Origin: Podarcis liolepis | Lineage: Eukaryota | Strand: one strand, 5' to 3' | Length of the DNA stretch: 64,000 nucleotides | NCBI GenBank assembly: GCA_965112155.1 | Contig: OZ218107.1 | In this document: positions 63,202-64,000 of the stretch, one piece after another | How the letters are laid out: each line of letters starts with the position of its first letter | How positions within the stretch are numbered: the first letter of the stretch is position 1 | Position numbers and translations under genes: made by a program | Notes under the pieces: generated by a model | What the model was told of the DNA's origin: nothing | Database searches by the model: none | What the model saw: only the letters and a program-made list of their open reading frames with translations

Positions 63202-64000
63202 CCGTATTTTTCGCCCCATAAGACGCACTTTTTCCCCTCCAAAAATGAAGGGGAAATGTGCCTGCGTCTTATGGGGCGAATGCAGGCTTTCGCTGAAGCC
63301 TGGAGAGCGAGGGGGGTCGGTGCGTACCGACCCCTCTCGCTCTCCAGGCTTCAGGAAGCTCTGCGCAACCCTCGGGAGACCGGCTCGAGGGTTGCGCAGA
63401 GCTGCCTGCAATCCCGGGACCAGCGCAGCTCTGCGCGGCCACCGGGAGCCGGGGGAGAAGCTCCGCCCCGCTCCCGGTGGCCGCGCAGAGCTGCGTGCGG
63501 TCCTGGGACCAGCGCAGCTCTGCCCGGCCACCGGGAGCCGGGGGAGAAGCTCCGCCCCACTCCCGGTGGCCGCGCAGAGCTGCGTGCGGTCCTGGGACCA
63601 GCGCAGCTCTGCCCGGCCACCGGGAGCCGGGGGAGAAGCTCCGCCCCACTCCCGGTGGCCGCGCAGAGCTGCCTGCCGTCGCGGGACCAGCGCAGCTCTG
63701 CCCGGCCACCGGGAGCCGGGGGAGAAGCTCCGCCCCGCTCCCGGTGGCCCTGCAGAGCTGCGTGCGGTCCTGGGACCAGCGCAGCTCTGCCCGGCCACCG
63801 GGAGCCGGGGGAGAAGCTCCGCCCCGCTCCCGGTGGCCCTGCAGAGCTGCGTGCGGTCCTGGGACCAGCGCAGCTCTGCGCCGCCATCCCGAGCGGGGCG
63901 CTAAGTCCCGCCCCGCTCGGGATGGCGGCACAGAGCTGCCTGCCGTCGCGGGACGGCAGGCAGGTCTACGCCGCCATCCCGAGCGGGGCGCTAAGTCCCG
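63202..64000 (+). mobile_element. Tc1/mariner (Tc2-group) non-autonomous element running off the window edge
   Basis: TA|CCGTATTTTTCGCCCCATAAGACGCAC terminus, the same family as 48690-49154, followed by a CpG-rich interior. Confidence 0.8.
63416..63878. repeat. Tandem array of 89-bp GC-rich palindromic units (5 full copies + partial)
   Basis: GGGACCAGCGCAGCTCTG recurs at 63416, 63505, 63594, 63683, 63772 and 63861 (period exactly 89). Confidence 0.95.

Noticed and set aside
63416-63878. CRISPR-like appearance (regularly spaced palindromic repeats)
   Set aside because: Units are contiguous and near-identical with no unique spacers, there are no cas genes, and the context is vertebrate.
63121-63931. 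Several long overlapping ORFs (178-248 aa) on both strands
   Set aside because: They result from a stop-poor GC-rich 89-bp tandem repeat inside a transposon. The period is not a multiple of 3 and the peptides simply cycle through frames.

Overview
This is vertebrate genomic DNA, AT-rich and repeat-dense. The Sauria/POM-type SINEs, Bov-B, CR1, L2 and lizard-type MITEs point to a squamate, probably a lacertid lizard. The window is almost entirely non-coding and looks like very large intron(s) of a + strand gene. The only convincing native coding exon is a 133-nt ATG-initiated exon at 27205-27337, which I tentatively recognise as an alternative first coding exon of GRIP1. The most notable object is a 738-bp non-autonomous hAT-type element at 52918-53655 (17-bp TIRs, 8-bp TSD) inserted into a young Sauria SINE. 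Between two 27-bp direct repeats it carries a CpG-island fragment of a host gene: 5'UTR, Kozak ATG, a first coding exon resembling ZNF704 and the splice donor with the start of intron 1. This amounts to a Pack-MULE/Pack-TIR-like gene-capturing transposon. A Tc2-like element at the right edge holds a tandem array of 89-bp hairpin units. Gene and repeat family names come from my recall of known sequences, not from database searches, and need BLAST/Dfam confirmation.
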